Source: Desulfatiglandales bacterium (GTDB lineage: Bacteria; Desulfobacterota; DSM-4660; Desulfatiglandales; Desulfatiglandaceae). Taken from it: a stretch of 64,000 nt of DNA. The position numbers and the translations under genes are program-made. Below, one piece after another: positions 17,438-28,269 of this stretch (position 1 is its first letter; every line of letters begins with the position of its first letter). Where the stretch lies: the NCBI GenBank assembly GCA_963662465.1, contig OY759599.1, positions 6,016,001-6,080,000 on the forward strand. Reading direction: 5' to 3'. The notes under the pieces are model-generated. The model saw only the letters and a list, made by a program, of their open reading frames with translations. It searched no databases and was not told where the DNA came from.

Positions 17438-19294
17438 ATGCACAAATTGCTGACAGACGCTCCAGGGAAAAAGATGCTTTTACTGGGCAACGAGGCCATT
17501 GCCCGCGGCGCCTTAGAAGCAGGCGTATCATTTGCCACATGTTATCCGGGTACGCCTTCTTCAGAGATTCCACAAAACTTTTTCAGCATTAGCCAGGAAT
17601 CGGACCTCTATTTTGAATACTCCACCAACGAGAAGGTAGCCATGGAAGTGGCTGCTGCGGCGGCTGTTTCGGGGCTCAGGACCATTGTCACCATGAAACA
17701 TGTGGGGCTCAATGTCGCAGCCGACCCGTTGATGACGTTGGCCTATGTAGGCGTCAAGGGCGGCATGGTGATTATCAATGCCGACGATCCTTCGCTCTTT
17801 TCCAGCCAGAACGAGCAGGACAACCGCTACTTTGCCAGGCTGTCCGGATTGCCCATGCTGGAACCCACCTCCAGCCAGGAAATGAAGGACATGACCCTTA
17901 CGGCCTTTGAAATGTCCGAAGCCCTGGAACTCCCGGTCATTATCAGGACCACCACCCGGTTGGCCCATGTGAGAGGGGCGGTGGAATTGGGGACACTGAA
18001 ACCCGTTACCAAAAAAGCCACCTTTGAGAAGAACCCCTTCCACTTTGTGACGGTTCCCGCGGTTTCGAGGACCCTCCATAAGGAGTTGCTGGAAAAATTT
18101 GATAAGGCCTCCGAAATTTCCGACAATGACGCTCTCTACAATGAGGTGATCGGGACCGGGAAATGGGGTATTGTCGCTAATGGCGCCTGCTTTAACTACG
18201 TGAAAGATGCGGTTTTGGATTTGGGGATTGGCGATAAAGTTTCCATCCTGAAACTGGTGATGTCATGGCCGCTGCCGCGTACCCGGTGTATCGATTTCAT
18301 GAAAAAAATGGATAAGGTTCTGGTGGTGGAAGAACTGGAACCCATCAATGAAACCGAACTGAAGGCCATGGCCCAGGAGAACGGCATTACCATCCCCATC
18401 AAGGGGAAAGGGGTGGGGGCATTCTCACGCCTTTTTGAATATGACCCCGGCATGGTGCGCCAGGCCGTTGCCGATTATTTCGGCATCGCATACACAGCGC
18501 CCGAGCCACTGGATCTTTCGGGCATGTCGGATCTGCCGGGGAGACCACCCAACCTTTGCGCCGGGTGCCCCCATCGCGCCACTTACTATGCTGTCAAACA
18601 GGTTTTTGGGACGGACGCCATCTTTCCAACGGATATCGGATGTTATACCCTGGGCGTTCTGCCGCCCATTTCTATGGCGGATTTCGTTATCTGCATGGGG
18701 TCCTCCGCCAGTTCCAGTTGCGGTTTTGCACAAGCCACAGACCAGAAGGTCGTCTCCTTTATCGGTGATTCAACCTTTTTTCATTCGGGCATGACAGGTC
18801 TTGCGGATGCCGTTCACAACAACCATAAATTTACCCTGGTGATCCTGGACAATGGCACTACCGCCATGACCGGCCACCAGATTCATCCCGGCGTCAATAC
18901 GGAACCCATGGGGATCAAACGGACCCGCATCTCCATTGAAGAGGTGGTGCGGGGCTTGGGCGTCAAAGATATCCATGTGGTGAAACCCTTTAAACTGAAC
19001 AAAACCATGGAATCCATTAAAAAGGCCATGGAATACGACGGTTTATCGGTCATCATTTCACAGGAGCTGTGTCCCCTCTTTGCCAAGGCCACGAAACAGT
19101 TCAAGAAGACCAAACCTTTCCGTGTCAATCATGACAAGTGCAAGAACCACAGGGACTGCATCAATCTTCTGGCGTGTCCGGCCATGTATCTGGACGGGGA
19201 TCAAGTGGAAATCGATAAAATCGCCTGCATCGGCTGCACCGTGTGCGCTCAGGTATGTCCGGAAAACGCCATTGTACCCGTGAAAGAGGGATAG
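17438..19294 (+). CDS. iorA: Indolepyruvate:ferredoxin oxidoreductase alpha subunit
   Basis: GNEAIARG, YPGTPS, NEKVA, MKHVGLNVA, RPPNLCAGCPH, DIGCY, GDSTF, C-terminal ferredoxin motif. Confidence 0.93.
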   Translation: MHKLLTDAPGKKMLLLGNEAIARGALEAGVSFATCYPGTPSSEIPQNFFSISQESDLYFEYSTNEKVAMEVAAAAAVSGLRTIVTMKHVGLNVAADPLMTLAYVGVKGGMVIINADDPSLFSSQNEQDNRYFARLSGLPMLEPTSSQEMKDMTLTAFEMSEALELPVIIRTTTRLAHVRGAVELGTLKPVTKKATFEKNPFHFVTVPAVSRTLHKELLEKFDKASEISDNDALYNEVIGTGKWGIVANGACFNYVKDAVLDLGIGDKVSILKLVMSWPLPRTRCIDFMKKMDKVLVVEELEPINETELKAMAQENGITIPIKGKGVGAFSRLFEYDPGMVRQAVADYFGIAYTAPEPLDLSGMSDLPGRPPNLCAGCPHRATYYAVKQVFGTDAIFPTDIGCYTLGVLPPISMADFVICMGSSASSSCGFAQATDQKVVSFIGDSTFFHSGMTGLADAVHNNHKFTLVILDNGTTAMTGHQIHPGVNTEPMGIKRTRISIEEVVRGLGVKDIHVVKPFKLNKTMESIKKAMEYDGLSVIISQELCPLFAKATKQFKKTKPFRVNHDKCKNHRDCINLLACPAMYLDGDQVEIDKIACIGCTVCAQVCPENAIVPVKEG

Positions 19295-19305
19295 GGAGGC
19301 TCTAA

Positions 19306-19896
19306 ATGATGGAAACAAAGAGATTGGTATTTATCGGTGTGGGTGGTCAGGGAAACCTTCTTGCTTCTCGTTTATTGGGTGAAGCGGCCCTTTCAATGAA
19401 CATTCCCACCGTTGTCAGTGAAATTCACGGAATGGCCCAACGGGGCGGCATTGTGGAATCGGCGGTCTTGCTGGGAGACGTACAAAGCCCCATCGTATCC
19501 AGTTCGGAAGCCGATGTATTGATCGGTTTTGAGCCCCTGGAAACCCTGCGGGCCTTAGGCAAATGCAACAAAGATACGGTGGTCATCACCAACATACATC
19601 CTCTGCCCCCCTTTACCGTGGCCGTGGGCCAGGGGACTTATCCTAAGGTGGAAGAAACCCTTCAGTTTATTCGTGAAAGGGCGAAAAGGGTCATTGAACT
19701 CGACGGGACCGCTATCGCGGAAGAAGTGGGAAACCCTCTGGCGTTGAACATGGTTATGCTGGGTGCACTCATTGGTTCGGGGACAACCCCCATTGGGGCT
19801 GAAGAGATGAAGAAAGTTCTGTCAACTTCCACTAAAAAGGCATTTCTGGAGTCTAATTTGAAAGCCTTTGACCTGGGGATGGCGAAAGCGGTTTAA
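19306..19896 (+). CDS. iorB: Indolepyruvate:ferredoxin oxidoreductase beta subunit
   Basis: GVGGQG, SEIHGMAQRGG, NMVMLGAL. Confidence 0.93.
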   Translation: MMETKRLVFIGVGGQGNLLASRLLGEAALSMNIPTVVSEIHGMAQRGGIVESAVLLGDVQSPIVSSSEADVLIGFEPLETLRALGKCNKDTVVITNIHPLPPFTVAVGQGTYPKVEETLQFIRERAKRVIELDGTAIAEEVGNPLALNMVMLGALIGSGTTPIGAEEMKKVLSTSTKKAFLESNLKAFDLGMAKAV

Positions 19897-19926
19897 GCAC
19901 CAGGGATACAACAAGTTTAGAAATAC

Positions 19927-19968
19927 AAAAAGGCATCGATTCATGAGAAAGATCGATGCCTTTTTTTT
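19927..19968. terminator. Bidirectional intrinsic terminator
   Basis: AAAAAGGCATCGAT...ATCGATGCCTTTTTTTT between convergent genes. Confidence 0.8.
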
Positions 19969-19980
19969 GTTGCCGGTTTT

Positions 19981-21546
19981 TCAACCGTCAACATCTTTCA
20001 TGTCCTTCTCAAAACGGCTTTTTCGCAGGAGAATCTTTTCCATCACATCCTTTTCCATAATTTCAAGATCTGATAGCAGAATCTTTCCATTGACATCACG
20101 GCGAACCACGGGAACATTGGAACTGATATACCCATAGCGCAGACCATAGGCGTTGTTTTCATCCACCAGCACGGATGAAGATGGCAGCTGGGCGGCTTGG
20201 TCCATGCCCGACTCTCTCAAAACGTGAATCAAATAGTTCTTCCCCGTGGACATGGCCATATCGTCCCCGTTAAAGGATCGCTCGAGCATGGCATCCTCAG
20301 TGTAAAGGAGGTCCAGGTTGGGGAAAACGCTTAAAATATTCATATGGACCGCCACCCGAAACCCGGCGTCATCCAGCCGATCTTTCAGCGCTGCGATTCG
20401 TTGATAATTTTCCCGAACATCATCTACGTCCCGGTAGGGAAGATCCAGAATAACGGATATTTCAAGGAATATGTTTCTGTCCAGATATTGAATCATGTTT
20501 TCAACAGCCTGCTCAATGTCCCGATAGAGATAACCTTTTGCCACATGCTTCAAGGTAAAATCAGAGGTGGACTCCAATCCGATGAGCAAGCAATTGACAT
20601 ACTTGTTGATGAATTCAATATAATTTTTATCCTTCAATAGTGTTATCCCGGTAAATATGGTGATGTGGTACTGGGAGATCTGTTGCAAAATTTCCTGAGC
20701 CACGGGGGAGTGGGGACGATAATAGGAGTCAATGAACCGAATGTGTTTGGAATTGAACCCCTGCATGGTCTCGTGGATGGCCCTGACCGCGTTTTGGCTT
20801 TCCATATCCTTCAAAAAATCCATTCGCGGCAATTCCTTGTACGTACAAAATTTGCATTTGCCGTACCAGCACCAGTTATTGAACCCGAAATGGACAGGGA
20901 TGGCTGTCTTTCCCTGATAATGGGGACTCAGAAAATCATTGCGACATTCATAAACGGTTCGGTAATCGTTTTGATCGATTTTTCCGTCTTTCCAATTTTT
21001 GATGATTTGATACAGATCGCTTGTCAGGTCAACATTCCCCGAAATAACAATGAGATTGTCGCGGAGTCTCGATTTTTCCACCCCCATATTGAAGAGAAAT
21101 TGCCGGAAAAAAGGGGGCGATAATCCAATATTGACGAGTGGGCCCCCAAGAACCACTTTCTTTCCACTTTGAAGCAATTGTTTTACGATCAGCAAATCAC
21201 AGAAATTGATGCAGGTAACAATAATATGCTCTGCTTCAAAATCTTCCCTGATAAATTCATCATAATACCCATGGGCCATGAAGACATAAAAAACATTGTA
21301 TACCATGTACTTCTGCTGCAAAAAAGAGATAACATTTGGAGAGAAACGGGAGGTGGCTTTTTCCAGAATGCCGTCATACAGCTCTTTGTCCTTGTTTGAG
21401 GTATAAGTCATGACGGGGATATGACTGAATTGGACATCAAGGTTTTTGTTGCGAAGCAGATTTTCCGTCATAATCCGGGTTGCCATGGGATAAAAAGGCT
21501 TGAATAATGGTGGATACACATAGGCGACTTTCATTTTTTTCACCAT
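19981..21546 (-). CDS. Radical SAM protein (cobalamin-dependent/class B-like architecture)
   Basis: CWYGKCKFC cluster motif, IRFIDS, IGLES, N-terminal VYPP and VVLGGP motifs. Confidence 0.7.
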   Translation of the reverse strand: MVKKMKVAYVYPPLFKPFYPMATRIMTENLLRNKNLDVQFSHIPVMTYTSNKDKELYDGILEKATSRFSPNVISFLQQKYMVYNVFYVFMAHGYYDEFIREDFEAEHIIVTCINFCDLLIVKQLLQSGKKVVLGGPLVNIGLSPPFFRQFLFNMGVEKSRLRDNLIVISGNVDLTSDLYQIIKNWKDGKIDQNDYRTVYECRNDFLSPHYQGKTAIPVHFGFNNWCWYGKCKFCTYKELPRMDFLKDMESQNAVRAIHETMQGFNSKHIRFIDSYYRPHSPVAQEILQQISQYHITIFTGITLLKDKNYIEFINKYVNCLLIGLESTSDFTLKHVAKGYLYRDIEQAVENMIQYLDRNIFLEISVILDLPYRDVDDVRENYQRIAALKDRLDDAGFRVAVHMNILSVFPNLDLLYTEDAMLERSFNGDDMAMSTGKNYLIHVLRESGMDQAAQLPSSSVLVDENNAYGLRYGYISSNVPVVRRDVNGKILLSDLEIMEKDVMEKILLRKSRFEKDMKDVDG

Positions 21547-21670
21547 CCCTAGCTTTAATTGATTATAGGTTTTAAGTTTTAGGTTTTAAGTTTTAAGTAA
21601 AAAAACGAAACCATATTATCTAAAAATTTGTTACAAAAAAAAGAAGATCATTGTCAGGAAGACTTAAAAC

Positions 21671-22828
21671 TTAAAACTTCGTTATTTTCGAGTTGTATGG
21701 TTGCGTGATTTCCACAAGTGCCTTGAAGATCGGGTCCTTGTCCACCCCTCTTTTTTTGGCGGTATCCAGCACTTCATTAAGGAACATGAGCCTGGACCAG
21801 TCAAAGGGTTTATTCTTCAGGCGCCGCACCTTTTCCGGCGTCAAGTCCCCAGGAAAACTGGCTGGAATCTCATGGCCCAGGGCCCTGAATGCGAGCATGG
21901 TGCGAATACATTTGTCGCATTGGCAACAGTTGGTGTCTGGAAGCGTATCGAACTTGTATTGTCCCTCCCAGCAGACCTTGAGGTTATCCAGCGCTTCGGG
22001 CCATAAAAACAGGGCTTCCAGTTTTTCCATCCGCGTAAAGACCATATCGTGATGTATTTTAAAGCGGTTGCTTGAAAGGAGTCGATCCGTCAGGGGATGA
22101 CTCCCCCATGGACGCAGATGAAGATAGGAATGGCTGCTGCCCACCAGACAGCCTCCCCACAGCGTGCGAAACAGAGACGATACCGATGCAATGACGCAGG
22201 CGTGAGTCATCCAGAATCTTTTAATGGAAAGCAGATACTTCAAGTTGGTTCTGACGTTCAGAAAGGTTAAATCGGGGTATAAAGCAAAGAGCTTCCGATT
22301 TCGTTCGACGACTTTCCCGCACGCTGCATTGTAATTGATGTTTACATCAAATCCCTCAATATACAGGATGGCATTCACATCAAAGCGCTTTCTTTTGATG
22401 GGACCCTTTTTCAGCACGTGATTCAGCGCGCTAAAGGCCCCATCCACGCCTCCGGAAAAGCTTAAAATCACGTTATTGTGGGTTTTATTTTCTTCCAGCT
22501 CACTGTCGGGAACAATATCAATGCGCTGGTATTTATCAGGAAACCATGTGCTGAAAATGATCTGAAATTCTTCCAGGTTATCCAGCAGGGACGACGAAAT
22601 CGGTCCATGCACCCGTAAGATTGCCTTGTCCTCCATGGCCTTCAGTAAGGCTGCAAGAACAAAGGGATCCATAAGATCACAGGAAACGTATTGCCATTGG
22701 TCCGGGGGAACCGAATACCATAGTTTCAAGTCTTCATCATAAGACCGATTCAAATTAATGTTGATACGCACCCGACCGTTTTCATCGCAGTTTTCAACGG
22801 GGCCCGGATACAAGTCTAATTTCCGCAT
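21671..22828 (-). CDS. PP-loop (adenine nucleotide alpha-hydrolase-like) protein with C-terminal Cys cluster
   Basis: LSFSGGVDG, WGSHPLTD, LKVCW...NCCQCDKCIRT. Confidence 0.6.
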   Translation of the reverse strand: MRKLDLYPGPVENCDENGRVRININLNRSYDEDLKLWYSVPPDQWQYVSCDLMDPFVLAALLKAMEDKAILRVHGPISSSLLDNLEEFQIIFSTWFPDKYQRIDIVPDSELEENKTHNNVILSFSGGVDGAFSALNHVLKKGPIKRKRFDVNAILYIEGFDVNINYNAACGKVVERNRKLFALYPDLTFLNVRTNLKYLLSIKRFWMTHACVIASVSSLFRTLWGGCLVGSSHSYLHLRPWGSHPLTDRLLSSNRFKIHHDMVFTRMEKLEALFLWPEALDNLKVCWEGQYKFDTLPDTNCCQCDKCIRTMLAFRALGHEIPASFPGDLTPEKVRRLKNKPFDWSRLMFLNEVLDTAKKRGVDKDPIFKALVEITQPYNSKITKF

Positions 22829-22998
22829 GCATACTCCTTAAGGCTCGGACACAAAGCGGGACGATGCAGCAAAGGACCCCCACAAGCACTCCCACGCAGA
22901 GCGATGGGAAAGAGCAAAAGATCATTCCGATTTTTTATGGTCCGGCGGAATAGGGTCAAAAGGTCAAGTTCTAAAGCGGCGGGATAGATAACAAGGTC

Positions 22999-25900
22999 CT
23001 ACTTTTCATAGCTTTGCAACTTTACACCCAAGTCACGGATGCGACCGCTAAGTGCTCTGCAAATGTGAAGGGCAATCTGCGGATATTCTCTCACAATTTC
23101 GCTAAATTCCTGCTTGTGGAGCACCAGGAACCGGGAATCTTCCACGGTCTTGATGGAAGCAGATCGAACCGTATCTTCCAAAAGCGCCATTTCACCGAAA
23201 TAGTCCCCAGACCCCATGCGGGCCAGTTCAATCTCGCGAGCACCTTCTTTTCCCACGCCTTTGATCACGGCTACCGTTCCCTTGATAATCAAAAACATGG
23301 TTTCACCAGCATCCCCCTCCTTTATGACAAATTCATTATTTTTGCAATCCAGCTCCTCTGTTACCGACGCCACAGCCGCCAATTCGCTGACGGAAAGACC
23401 TTCAAATATGTTGATTCCCTTAACCCGCAGGATTTTGTCGGGAATTGTAATTTCCGTTTCCATACTGTCCTCCACTTTTTCGGAATCACCATGCCGGGCA
23501 TCCATAACCCGTGAAGCCATTTGCCGAACATATGAATTTTCCGATTCAGTCAGATCCTTCACAATGCCTTTGTCTGAAATGTCATTTTCCTGGTTGGCCA
23601 GCAGAAACAGTGTCAATACCACTGTAACCCAATCCCGTTTACCCAGAAGATGGGAACTCAGGGCGCTCTGGTCACCGCCGAAATCGGGCAACTTGAATTT
23701 TTTTCGGCCTACCGCCAATGCATCCTTGTTGTGTTGACTTTCCAGAAGCGGCAGCATAATGCTCGAAAGAGACTTATCCATTGTATCATCCAAAGCTTCA
23801 AGACTGTTGGATCTCGCCCGCTTATCCGATGAAAAAATGCCGCGCCAGATGATTCGCATTTGTCCTGATCGGTCCTCCGTAGCCAGCACGCGAAGAATGG
23901 TTTCAAGCGCCACCTGCATCTTGCTGGTAAGGTGGCCGGTGATAAGGTCTCTTGCCCGGCTTTCGGGAAATGCATTTAGACTTTCAACTTCCGACAGGTG
24001 GTTGTAACACCTCTCCAGCTGGGACCGCGCAAATCGATATAGATCGAGATCTTTGATGTTCAGAGATTCCAGCAATTCAAAGATGCCTTCTCGAATGCGC
24101 CGCCTGGGGATGTTAAGCGCTTCAACCAACACCTGTGGATTCTGGTGGGGCGCCTTCAGGATTTTTTCCTTTGCCAGGGTGCATATGACTTCTGAAACAT
24201 CGTCCATCCGGCTGATGGTCATTCGAATGGCATCATTGTCATTTAATTCAAAGGCCGTCAAAGCCGCCAGCCGAACCTGCTCCGAAGCATGGACCAGATA
24301 AGGCAGAACCAAGCTGTTAGGAGCTTCCACTTTCAAGTTGTGAAGCGCATACAGAACATGATGGATAAGGTCATGATTTTCAGGCGCCGCCAGCATGGCC
24401 TTTAGCCTTGGAACATAGCTTTCATCATCGGTTTTTCCGGAAGCGATAATCCCGGCACGCCTTTCAGCCAACTCTCGGGAAGCTAACCATGCATCAATGA
24501 CCGCCTTATATTCTTCGGGAGAAGCCCTGTACAAGCCGATTACGGCATAGGCTTTGACATCGGGGCTTTCGCTGGTTTCAAATATTTCCCTGGAAAAATC
24601 CCGGCCGCTCTCGGCGGAAAGACGATTGGCGGCTTTGATCATCGCAATGGCGAGGCCCTGCTTTTTTGGATCAACCCATTCCCTGAAACGGGCAATGGCA
24701 TCATCACCGGCTTCCGGAGACAGCATGGCCAGCAGTTGGATTTTGGTTTTGTCATCATTATTTTCAAGGACAGACAGGATGTGGTTATCCAGGTTTTCAA
24801 AGTTCTGGGCTTTGAGTACCCGAGCATGCCACAAACAATCTTCTCCCCGGGAGGCAAGGAAGGTCTCCAGGAGTCTGTTCTGGATGCTTTTGTCAGCAAA
24901 AACGCTGTCGGCGTCCTTTTCCTCAAGGGATTTGAGATCCAGCATATTGTTGCTGATCAGGTCCAGCAATATACGGGGATAGCTTTTTTTAAGAACAAAT
25001 GTGGTGACGACCCACGCGCCCACGGCAATCATGGCGGCAATGGAAAGATATCGGGGCGGGAAAAGGCCCTCTGAAACCATGATAATGCCGGACCCGATCA
25101 ATATGCCCACACGGACCACAGTGCCCCTCAAAAACGGTCGGATCACCGCTCGGTAGGATACGGGAAAAAGTCCCATAAGAATAGCGCGGGCCGGGTTGTT
25201 CATGGTGGTTCTCAGTATATTGGTGGAAATCCTGGCGTACATGGCGGAAAAAATATCAAATCGCAGTAGAAAGGCCAGAAACGCCAGCATATAGTTGATG
25301 GGATGAAACATGAGGACGACGGGCAGGCCCAGACGGCCGTACACCCGGCCCACGAAGAGGAGGATGATCAGGCTTACAATATTCATGCAGCCCCGAAAAT
25401 AGCCAAAGAAGTTCAGCATGCCGCTTTGGGTCGCGAAGGTCTGGTTGACCGAAAAAGCAAACTGGTAATTCATGATGGGGATGGCGATGTTGGGCAGCAG
25501 GGTTAACAGAACCAGGATTTTAACCAGGGTGGATTTTTTCATGAGGGGAAGAACATTCTTGAAATCTTCCACCAGGTTGGTCCTTTTTTTGCCCTTTTTC
25601 CCTTTTTTGTTCGAGAGAAGCAATGTGGGGAACTGTTTCCCCATTCGCCGAACCCCCAGGGCCCCCAGACTGGTGGTAATTAAATAGGCAAACATGAGAT
25701 TGTCCATGGTAATGGCTTTGGCCAGGGGGGGCGTGGCGAAACTGCCGATAATGCCCCCGATGACGCCTCCCGCGGTAATCAGCGGGAACAGGCGCTTGGA
25801 TTGTCTGGTGTTAAAAAGGTCGTTGGCCAGATTCCAGAAGATGAGCGCCAGAAGAACCTCGTATTGCGCTTTGAGGATATACAGAACCGGGTAAATGAGG

Positions 25901-26223
25901 TCAAAGCCGAGGGGAACCACAAAGCGAAGGGCGGCAACGGATATGCCGCAAAACAAGAGGGTATTTCCCAACATGCGGCTGCCCGGAATCTTCTGCATAA
26001 GTCCCGTCAGAAAGGCCATGATGAAAAAGGTGGAGATGGAATTGACCACATTGACAATGGGCAAATACTCAACGCCGTATCGTTTAAGGAAGGCTGTTTC
26101 CGCAAAATTATTAAACAGGATACTGGATGTGCGAATCAGGAAGAGAAGCAGAACGACCCAAAAAAACAGCGAAATCTCATCTTCGTAGACCTTAAGCCAT
26201 TTCCCCAGGATTTTTAGCATCAA
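22999..26223 (-). CDS. Npt/TLC-like nucleotide transporter domain fused to HEAT repeats and a cNMP-binding domain
   Basis: N-terminal multi-TM with FWNLANDLFNTRQSKRLFPLI; helical repeats; C-terminal IKEGDAGETMFLI...GDYFGEMALL...RSAS. Confidence 0.8.
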   Translation of the reverse strand: MMLKILGKWLKVYEDEISLFFWVVLLLFLIRTSSILFNNFAETAFLKRYGVEYLPIVNVVNSISTFFIMAFLTGLMQKIPGSRMLGNTLLFCGISVAALRFVVPLGFDLIYPVLYILKAQYEVLLALIFWNLANDLFNTRQSKRLFPLITAGGVIGGIIGSFATPPLAKAITMDNLMFAYLITTSLGALGVRRMGKQFPTLLLSNKKGKKGKKRTNLVEDFKNVLPLMKKSTLVKILVLLTLLPNIAIPIMNYQFAFSVNQTFATQSGMLNFFGYFRGCMNIVSLIILLFVGRVYGRLGLPVVLMFHPINYMLAFLAFLLRFDIFSAMYARISTNILRTTMNNPARAILMGLFPVSYRAVIRPFLRGTVVRVGILIGSGIIMVSEGLFPPRYLSIAAMIAVGAWVVTTFVLKKSYPRILLDLISNNMLDLKSLEEKDADSVFADKSIQNRLLETFLASRGEDCLWHARVLKAQNFENLDNHILSVLENNDDKTKIQLLAMLSPEAGDDAIARFREWVDPKKQGLAIAMIKAANRLSAESGRDFSREIFETSESPDVKAYAVIGLYRASPEEYKAVIDAWLASRELAERRAGIIASGKTDDESYVPRLKAMLAAPENHDLIHHVLYALHNLKVEAPNSLVLPYLVHASEQVRLAALTAFELNDNDAIRMTISRMDDVSEVICTLAKEKILKAPHQNPQVLVEALNIPRRRIREGIFELLESLNIKDLDLYRFARSQLERCYNHLSEVESLNAFPESRARDLITGHLTSKMQVALETILRVLATEDRSGQMRIIWRGIFSSDKRARSNSLEALDDTMDKSLSSIMLPLLESQHNKDALAVGRKKFKLPDFGGDQSALSSHLLGKRDWVTVVLTLFLLANQENDISDKGIVKDLTESENSYVRQMASRVMDARHGDSEKVEDSMETEITIPDKILRVKGINIFEGLSVSELAAVASVTEELDCKNNEFVIKEGDAGETMFLIIKGTVAVIKGVGKEGAREIELARMGSGDYFGEMALLEDTVRSASIKTVEDSRFLVLHKQEFSEIVREYPQIALHICRALSGRIRDLGVKLQSYEK

Positions 26224-26438
26224 GTTGCCTCAGTATCAGGATGATAAATATGGTAAACACTCATGAATCACGCGAGCATTTACCCACAAACATGAAAATG
26301 ACCTCTACCACTTTTAAGCTAATGGCTAACAGCTAATTGCTAACGGCTATATTTTCATGGTAAATACGGGTATATTTACCTCGCAGTCCATTGAGAGTCA
26401 AGGATATTCACATCAGAAATGTCTTTGCACGACATAAC

Positions 26439-27884
26439 TCATTTCAAATATTCTTCGGCATTTTTTTGCCCCAATTGAGAAGCCTGTTTAAAGTCTGAAA
26501 GCGCCTGTTCTTTTTGTTCGGAGGCCAGGTAGGCCAACCCTCGATTGAAATAAAAATCCCCGTCCCTGGGATCAATTTTGAGGGCTGAAGTGTAATCCTC
26601 GATGGCGAGATCATATTTTCCCAAGGTATAATAAACGTTGGCGCTGTTGCAAAAGGCATCTGGAAAAGAAGGCTTAATGGCAATAACCTTTTGGAAATCC
26701 CGAAGGGCATCATCATACTTTTTCATTTTCACCTGGACCAGGCCCCTGTTGTAATAGGCATCCCCATTTTTCGGATTGATGCGGATGGCTTCAGTGTAGT
26801 CCTGAAGCGCTCGATTCAAATTCCCGTTTGAAGCATAGAGCCAGGCCCTGTTATAGAAAGCGTCTCCGTCTTTGGCATTTTCTTTAATAACAAGGTTAAG
26901 ATCCCGCAGCTTTTTTTCGAAGGTTTTTCCGTTGGGTTGCTGTTTTTTGGGCGGTGTTATTTTAGAAAGTTGAGGTTCCCGGGTCGTCTTCATTTTAGTG
27001 GTTTCAGTGACAGGTGTTTGTTTTTTTGGTATTTTTGGGCCTTCCCGGCCTTTTGAAGGGATAGGCGTCTCGGGTTTGCTTCTGATGATTTTCGATTTCA
27101 AAATCCCCGTTTTTTCAAGGGAGCCTTGGGAAAATGCCTGGATGTGCAACATGAGTTCCTCAAAAACATAAAATCCCGCGGCGGCAAACAACAGAAGACC
27201 CATGAGAAAAGCGACCAGCACCATCCGCCGGTTTGTTCTTACCGGCGGAAAATGGACAACAAGATCCTTGTCGCCGACCATTAGACCGCCCATCTGCCAC
27301 CGGTACAGCATACAGAGCGCCCAAGGTGCGAAAATAGAAAATGTAATACAATTCAGGATCCAGGTCAGCAGACAAATTTTGATATACTCACCCAAGCGGG
27401 CGCCAAAAGATGTTATTTTTCCTCCGTATAAGGTATGTTCTTCCTTCCAGGCGTGAAAACGGTACATTCCCACCAGATAGTATAATCCGAAAGTAACCAG
27501 GGGCAGTAGAACCAGGTGTAAAACATAAAGGACAAAGAGGCTGCCCCCTGTGCCGGTAAATCGGCTCGGTTTGCCGGCCACAAGGGTATGATCGGCTTTC
27601 CATCGAAAAATCCGGCAGAGCGCCCACGGGCCATAAAATCCCAGTGTGACAATTGTCAAAAAAGCGTTTAACAGAAGGGGAACAAAGAATTGCCCCCCGG
27701 TTCCCGAAAAAGCGGTTTTCTGGTCGTGAATGAGCGTATGGGAAGCTTTCAGCTTGAACAATCGAACGCAGGCCCAAGGGAAGTAGACCCCTAAAGATGC
27801 CAGGCTGAACAATCCCAGATGCAAAAACAGGGTGATGAAATACTGTCCGCCGGTTGCCTCGAATTGACAATTTCCTTTTGACAT
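26439..27884 (-). CDS. DUF898/YjgN-like membrane domain + linker + TPR repeats
   Basis: Repeated FxGTGG..F..L...LT..T.G.Y.PW units; C-terminal AYYNRG TPRs. Confidence 0.75.
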   Translation of the reverse strand: MSKGNCQFEATGGQYFITLFLHLGLFSLASLGVYFPWACVRLFKLKASHTLIHDQKTAFSGTGGQFFVPLLLNAFLTIVTLGFYGPWALCRIFRWKADHTLVAGKPSRFTGTGGSLFVLYVLHLVLLPLVTFGLYYLVGMYRFHAWKEEHTLYGGKITSFGARLGEYIKICLLTWILNCITFSIFAPWALCMLYRWQMGGLMVGDKDLVVHFPPVRTNRRMVLVAFLMGLLLFAAAGFYVFEELMLHIQAFSQGSLEKTGILKSKIIRSKPETPIPSKGREGPKIPKKQTPVTETTKMKTTREPQLSKITPPKKQQPNGKTFEKKLRDLNLVIKENAKDGDAFYNRAWLYASNGNLNRALQDYTEAIRINPKNGDAYYNRGLVQVKMKKYDDALRDFQKVIAIKPSFPDAFCNSANVYYTLGKYDLAIEDYTSALKIDPRDGDFYFNRGLAYLASEQKEQALSDFKQASQLGQKNAEEYLK

Positions 27885-27931
27885 TCACCCACCTCTTCCT
27901 ATAAATGTTTGTGACCCTTCATGGTTTGCGC

Positions 27932-28252
27932 TTAGAGATATTCCTCCCGAATGGGGGAAAAAATCTCCACAATCACCGAATCTTCAAGCACCCTGGCTGA
28001 ATGCGGTACGTCTTCCGGTACGTTCCAGCTATCGCCGGGTTCGGCGTCAAAGGTTTTGCCTTCTATTATAAACTGAATTTTCCCTGAAACCAGGTAACCG
28101 GTTTGTTCATGGGGATGGCGGTGTTCGGGAACCGCGCTTCCGCCGTCGAGAATAAATTCGCACAGATGCGTTTTTTTGCCGTAAACGAGGCTTTTCATCT
28201 GAACGCCTTTTGCCGGAGTATTGTAACCTTCAGAATTCTTTTTGTAAAACAT
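27932..28252 (-). CDS. Cupin domain protein
   Basis: HRHPHEQTGY...PGDSW..P..VPH...EIFSPIREEY. Confidence 0.88.
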   Translation of the reverse strand: MFYKKNSEGYNTPAKGVQMKSLVYGKKTHLCEFILDGGSAVPEHRHPHEQTGYLVSGKIQFIIEGKTFDAEPGDSWNVPEDVPHSARVLEDSVIVEIFSPIREEYL

Positions 28253-28269
28253 ACCTTTATCCTTTCGTT

